DNA from: Ignavibacteria bacterium
GTDB taxonomy: Bacteria; Bacteroidota; Ignavibacteria; Ch128b
Direction of reading: 5' to 3'
DNA: 64,000 nt
NCBI GenBank assembly: GCA_013177855.1
Contig: JABLYA010000001.1
Coordinates: 2,000,983-2,064,982, forward strand
Every line of letters starts with the position of its first letter. The first letter of the stretch is position 1. The notes under the pieces were generated by a model. That model was not told the DNA's origin, ran no database searches, and saw only the letters and a program-made list of their open reading frames with translations. Positions 59,950-64,000 of this stretch are shown in pieces. Made by a program: the position numbers and the translations under genes.

Positions 59950-60900
59950 TTACCACTTACTCTTAAACCACGCCGCTTCATCAAAGTAAGGTTTGGTTAA
60001 CTCTTCTAACTCTCTCATCTGTTTTTCACTTAGCGGTTTGAAATTTTTCGCAATTCGGACATTCTCTTCAAGTTCATTTAATGTTGAAATGCCAACGATT
60101 ATCGTGCTTACTGGAAGAGTTAAAACATATTCCATCGCTTGCTTCATTGAAGTAATCCCGCCTTCACGGAAGATTCTGCCTCGAGCAGGAATCTTCATCC
60201 CTATGATTCCAAGATTCTTTTGAACAGCAAAGGGGAGCAAATTGTCAATGAATGATTTATTGTGTCTATCGGCAGCATTGAGAGCCATTAAAATACAGTC
60301 AAAGTCATACTCATCGATACCTTTCTTCAAAACCCATGGATCGTAATGACCGGTAATTCCTAAATATCTTACAACACCGCTGCGTCTTGCTTCTTCAAGA
60401 GCTTTGATTGCACCATCGGAAGCAAAAATTTTCTTTAAGTCATCCTCAGTTCTGACATTATGAAGCTGCCATAAATCAATTCTATCGGTTTGAAGTTGTT
60501 TAAGACTTTTTTCCAGCATTTGCATTGATCCATCATAAGAACGATTGTGAGTTTTCGTTGCGAGGAATACTTCATTCCTTCTGTCTTTCATAACTTTACC
60601 AATGTATGTCTCACTGATTCCTTGTCCATATGCTGCCGCTGTATCAATGTAATTTACTCCAAGATCAATCGCTCGATTTATAATTTTGATGGACTCTTTT
60701 TCAGTGCCAGCTTGCTCTAAAGTTGCCTGTCCACCTAAAGAAAAAATTCCAACCTGATAACCAGTTTTGCCCAAAACTCTTTTAGGCATCTTTGTATCTT
60801 TTGCAGCTAATTCGGGAATAAGTTTCCCGGATTTTGTTAAGAAGTAGGTTCCAGCGGCTGCAATTGTAACCTTAATAAAATTTCTTCTTGAAAATTTCAT
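59950..60900 (-). CDS. Aldo/keto reductase with twin-arginine (Tat) signal peptide
   Basis: MKFSRRNFIKVTIAAAGTYFL (SRRxFIK Tat motif), then an AKR fold (GINYIDTA, KTHNR...). Confidence 0.8.
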   Translation of the reverse strand: MKFSRRNFIKVTIAAAGTYFLTKSGKLIPELAAKDTKMPKRVLGKTGYQVGIFSLGGQATLEQAGTEKESIKIINRAIDLGVNYIDTAAAYGQGISETYIGKVMKDRRNEVFLATKTHNRSYDGSMQMLEKSLKQLQTDRIDLWQLHNVRTEDDLKKIFASDGAIKALEEARRSGVVRYLGITGHYDPWVLKKGIDEYDFDCILMALNAADRHNKSFIDNLLPFAVQKNLGIIGMKIPARGRIFREGGITSMKQAMEYVLTLPVSTIIVGISTLNELEENVRIAKNFKPLSEKQMRELEELTKPYFDEAAWFKSKW

Positions 60901-60939
60901 TTGAGTTTCTCCTGTTTTTTCAGAGATATATTTGAAAAG

Positions 60940-62367
60940 TTATACCGAAACAACCTTTATTAAATTTGAAACTGATTTTTGTTTGGTTTTCAAACTTCCA
61001 ACAAAAAGAAGCAAGTCATTCTTCTTAACAATTTTATTCTTAAGGAATAAATTAATTGAACTTTCGATTACCTTTTCAAAGTCTGAAATGTCTTCTAAAA
61101 CTATTGCTTCAATTCCACGATAAAATTTTAATGACTTCATCGTTTTCACACTGTTTGTGATAGCAATTATTGGAGCCAATGGAAAATATTTAGCAAGAAC
61201 AACTGCAGTAAATCCCGAGTATGTAATCGGAACAATCGCTTTCGATTTCAAATCGTTAGCTAACTGGCAGGATGCGAAAGCAATTGATTGAATGTGAGCT
61301 TCATCTGTTTCGATATAATCGTAGTTTAAATTATAGTTTGTTTTAATTTTTTCGGCGCGTTTAATAAGTCGAGACATAGTTTGTACAACACGAACAGGAT
61401 TTTTACCAATAGAAGTTTCGGCAGTAAGAAGAACTGCATCGGTTCCATCAAGGACTACATTGGCAACATCAGAAGCTTCGGCTCGGGTTGGTATTGGATT
61501 GTTAATCATACTATCTAACATTTGAGTCGCTGTAATTACAAGTTTTCTTGATTCAATGCTTCTCCTTATAATAAATTTTTGAACTGGCGGAACTTCTTCA
61601 GGACCGAGTTCAACACCCAAATCACCACGAGCGACCATCAAACCATCAGAAACTTTTAGAATCGATTCAAAATTTTTTACTCCCTGTTTTAATTCAATCT
61701 TTGCGATTATTGGGATATCAGCTTTTTTTCTTTTTAAATAATTTTTTAGATCGAGAATATCTTGTTCGGATCGAACAAAAGACAGAGCCAAGTAATCAAG
61801 TTTATGTTCAATTGAAAAATCAACCCATCGTTTATCGATTGAAGTGAGAGAAGGAGTTTTAAGATTTGTATCAGGAACATTAACACCTTTTCTTTCTTTC
61901 AGAATTCCGCCTTCAATAACTTTACATTGAACATAGTTACTTAGCTTTTTTATAACTCTTAATTTTATCAATCCATCATCAATTAAAATTTTTTCACCAA
62001 TCTTTAATTCTTTTGAGAGAGATCTATATGAAGTTGAAAATCCATTCTCATCACCTAAAATTTCTTTGTCAAGAATATTAATAATTTGACCTTCCTTTAA
62101 ATCAATCTCGCCGCCTTTCAAATTTCCTACACGAATCTTTGGACCCTGAAGATCTCCAAGTATTGCTATATCTTGCCCAATTTTTTTTGCCTCATCTCTT
62201 ATGGTTTTAACGAACTCACCAAAAGTTTTTACATCACCATGGGAAAAATTAAGTCTTATTCCATCAACTCCGGCTTTTATCATTCCGCGAATAATTTTCG
62301 GATCGCTTGAAGCTGGACCAATTGTTGCGATAATTTTTGTTTTTTCACCTTGAAATATTTTTAACAT
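60940..62367 (-). CDS. pyk: Pyruvate kinase
   Basis: KTKIIATIGPASS..., NFSHG, MVARGDLGVE motifs. Confidence 0.95.
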   Translation of the reverse strand: MLKIFQGEKTKIIATIGPASSDPKIIRGMIKAGVDGIRLNFSHGDVKTFGEFVKTIRDEAKKIGQDIAILGDLQGPKIRVGNLKGGEIDLKEGQIINILDKEILGDENGFSTSYRSLSKELKIGEKILIDDGLIKLRVIKKLSNYVQCKVIEGGILKERKGVNVPDTNLKTPSLTSIDKRWVDFSIEHKLDYLALSFVRSEQDILDLKNYLKRKKADIPIIAKIELKQGVKNFESILKVSDGLMVARGDLGVELGPEEVPPVQKFIIRRSIESRKLVITATQMLDSMINNPIPTRAEASDVANVVLDGTDAVLLTAETSIGKNPVRVVQTMSRLIKRAEKIKTNYNLNYDYIETDEAHIQSIAFASCQLANDLKSKAIVPITYSGFTAVVLAKYFPLAPIIAITNSVKTMKSLKFYRGIEAIVLEDISDFEKVIESSINLFLKNKIVKKNDLLLFVGSLKTKQKSVSNLIKVVSV

Positions 62368-62399
62368 TTCAATCTTCCCTATTAATTAAATCTCTCGAG

Positions 62400-64000
62400 C
62401 TATTTTTTACTAATCACGAACCCAACTTTTTTAGTTCGTTTGCCTCTTTCTTTTTTATTCAATTCAACTGAGATTTCATAAAGTTCTTTCAGACGATTAT
62501 AAACTAATTCATAAACCGTGTTCTTCTCCCACTTGCCATTTACTAATTTACCAGCTTTCACACCTGTTAGAATTTCAATCCCTTCGTCAATTGTATCGAT
62601 AGCCCATATATTAAATTTGCCTTTCTTGACTGCTTCTACAACTTCATCTTTTAATAACAAATCTTTTAAGTTTCTTTTTGGAATGATTACACCCTGAGAA
62701 CCATCGAGACCTTTGATTTTGCAAATTTTGAAGAAGCCTTCAATTTTTTCGTTCACACCGCCAATTGGTTGAATTACTCCTTTTTGATTTACTGAACCAG
62801 TTACAGCAATTCCCTGTTTGATTGGAATTCCACTCAGAGCTGAGAGCAAGGCATAGATTTCTGTTGATGAAGCACTATCTCCATCAACTCCCGAATATGA
62901 TTGTTCAAAACAAATGCTTGCAGAAAATGAGAGAGGAAAGTCCTGACCAAATTTTTCTCTTAATAGACCGGAAATAACTAAAACACCTTTATCATAAATT
63001 TTACCCGAAAGTCTTGCCTCTCTTTCTATGTTTACAATGCCTGCGTTGCCAGCTGAAACAGCAACTGTAATTTTTGACGGTTTACCAAATGTGTAATCGT
63101 TTATAGAATAAACTGCCAAGCCATTAATTTCACCAACTTTTTCTCCAGAAATATCAATTATGATCTTACCATCTTTGATCATTTCATTAATTTTTTCTTC
63201 AATCATATCGTGACGATAGATATAATTTTCATAAGCAATTTTTACATGATCGCCGGTGACAATATCAGCACCAGAATCTTTTGCCCAGAAGTTTGCTTCA
63301 CGAACAATATCAGCAACAACAGAAAATCTAGCAGTTAATTTATCTTTTGATCCAGCGTATCGAGCAGAAAATTCTGCTAACCTTGCAATCGCAGATCGAT
63401 CAAAGTGAAGTAAATTTTCTTCCTGACACAATTTCCTGACAAGCCCGGCTAAGTCGTTTAGTGCCTTCGGTGTGTTTTTCATTTCATAATCAAAATCAGC
63501 ACGAACTTTGAATATCTTCTTAAAATCTTCTTCGTACTCACTTAAGAGGTAATAAATCTCATCACTTCCAATAAAAATTACTTTTGTATTAATTTCGATT
63601 GGCTCCGGCTTTATATTGGTTGTATACAGAAGATATTGGCCTAAGTAATCTTGAATTTCAAGTTTTCTATACATTAAAACTCTTTTCAAAGCTTTCCAGA
63701 CTCCTGGTTCTGTTAACGCATCGAAAGCATTTAAAACAAGATATCCTCCGTTAGCTCTTAATATTGAACCAGCTTTAATATTCATAAAATCAGAATACCA
63801 GGCACCACCGCCTTCATAAACTCTTTCAATAGTTCCAAAAAGATTTGTATAAGTTGGAGTTGTTTCTATAATAACTGGACATTCTTTAGTCGTTGAATTG
63901 TCTAAAATCACATTGACTCGATAAATTCTGAACGGATCTCGAATTTCTTCGAGTGCTGGTGGAAGTGGAGGTTGTGGTTGAGGCTGTTGCTGTTGTTCTG
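62400..64000 (-). CDS. Lon-like ATP-dependent protease (LonB-type S16 domain), 5'-truncated by window edge
   Basis: C-terminal protease domain with Ser-Lys dyad context (GVDGDSASSTE ... TGSVNQKGVIQPIGGVNEKIEG). The frame stays open upstream of the annotated GTG to nt 64000 (..EQQQQPQPQPPLPP..), so the N-terminal AAA+ module is off-window. Confidence 0.6.
   Translation of the reverse strand, partial: EQQQQPQPQPPLPPALEEIRDPFRIYRVNVILDNSTTKECPVIIETTPTYTNLFGTIERVYEGGGAWYSDFMNIKAGSILRANGGYLVLNAFDALTEPGVWKALKRVLMYRKLEIQDYLGQYLLYTTNIKPEPIEINTKVIFIGSDEIYYLLSEYEEDFKKIFKVRADFDYEMKNTPKALNDLAGLVRKLCQEENLLHFDRSAIARLAEFSARYAGSKDKLTARFSVVADIVREANFWAKDSGADIVTGDHVKIAYENYIYRHDMIEEKINEMIKDGKIIIDISGEKVGEINGLAVYSINDYTFGKPSKITVAVSAGNAGIVNIEREARLSGKIYDKGVLVISGLLREKFGQDFPLSFSASICFEQSYSGVDGDSASSTEIYALLSALSGIPIKQGIAVTGSVNQKGVIQPIGGVNEKIEGFFKICKIKGLDGSQGVIIPKRNLKDLLLKDEVVEAVKKGKFNIWAIDTIDEGIEILTGVKAGKLVNGKWEKNTVYELVYNRLKELYEISVELNKKERGKRTKKVGFVISKK

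Overview
This is an AT-rich (~33-35% GC) bacterial chromosomal window, co-linear and densely coding. The gene content (a T9SS C-terminal sorting domain, LolA-like/FtsX/ABC clusters, many secreted beta-barrel and TPR proteins, multihaem cytochromes) suggests an FCB-group / Ignavibacteria-like organism; this is an inference only.

Most of the window is housekeeping: leuS, serS, clpX, pyk, sucC, a P5C dehydrogenase, ndh, queDCF with a tRNA-Arg(CCG), Omp85 and S45 acylase genes, a Lon-like protease, and assorted peptidases.

The accessory content, in order of interest:
1. A five-gene membrane redox operon (3414-7311). It encodes a membrane-anchored GcvH-like protein, a Tat-less NrfC/HybA-type 4x[4Fe-4S] protein with a C-terminal anchor, an NrfD/PsrC-type quinone-interacting membrane subunit, a Cys-rich second GcvH-like protein, and a periplasmic tetrahaem cytochrome c. 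No molybdopterin catalytic subunit is present.
2. Directly downstream, a two-component system: a sensor kinase whose periplasmic domain carries CXXCH and CX4CH haem-c motifs, a sigma54-dependent NtrC-type activator, and a bacterial archaemetzincin.
3. A partial Type III restriction Res gene (5' end off-window), followed by a 21-bp/63-bp coding tandem repeat that specifies a heptad K(E/D)PxLxx repeat protein.
4. A compact, AT-rich candidate Type II R-M pair whose methyltransferase has motif I ahead of an HPPY motif IV.
5. Two arrays of hairpin-containing dispersed/tandem repeats (11.2-11.9 kb and 59.4-59.7 kb).
6. An M1 metallopeptidase fused to a C-terminal beta-barrel-like domain.
7. A T9SS-sorted matrixin-like protease.
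8. An L,D-transpeptidase-like protein in which the catalytic Cys appears to be replaced by Ser.

The window is cut inside genes at both ends (Type III Res at the start, Lon-like protease at the end).
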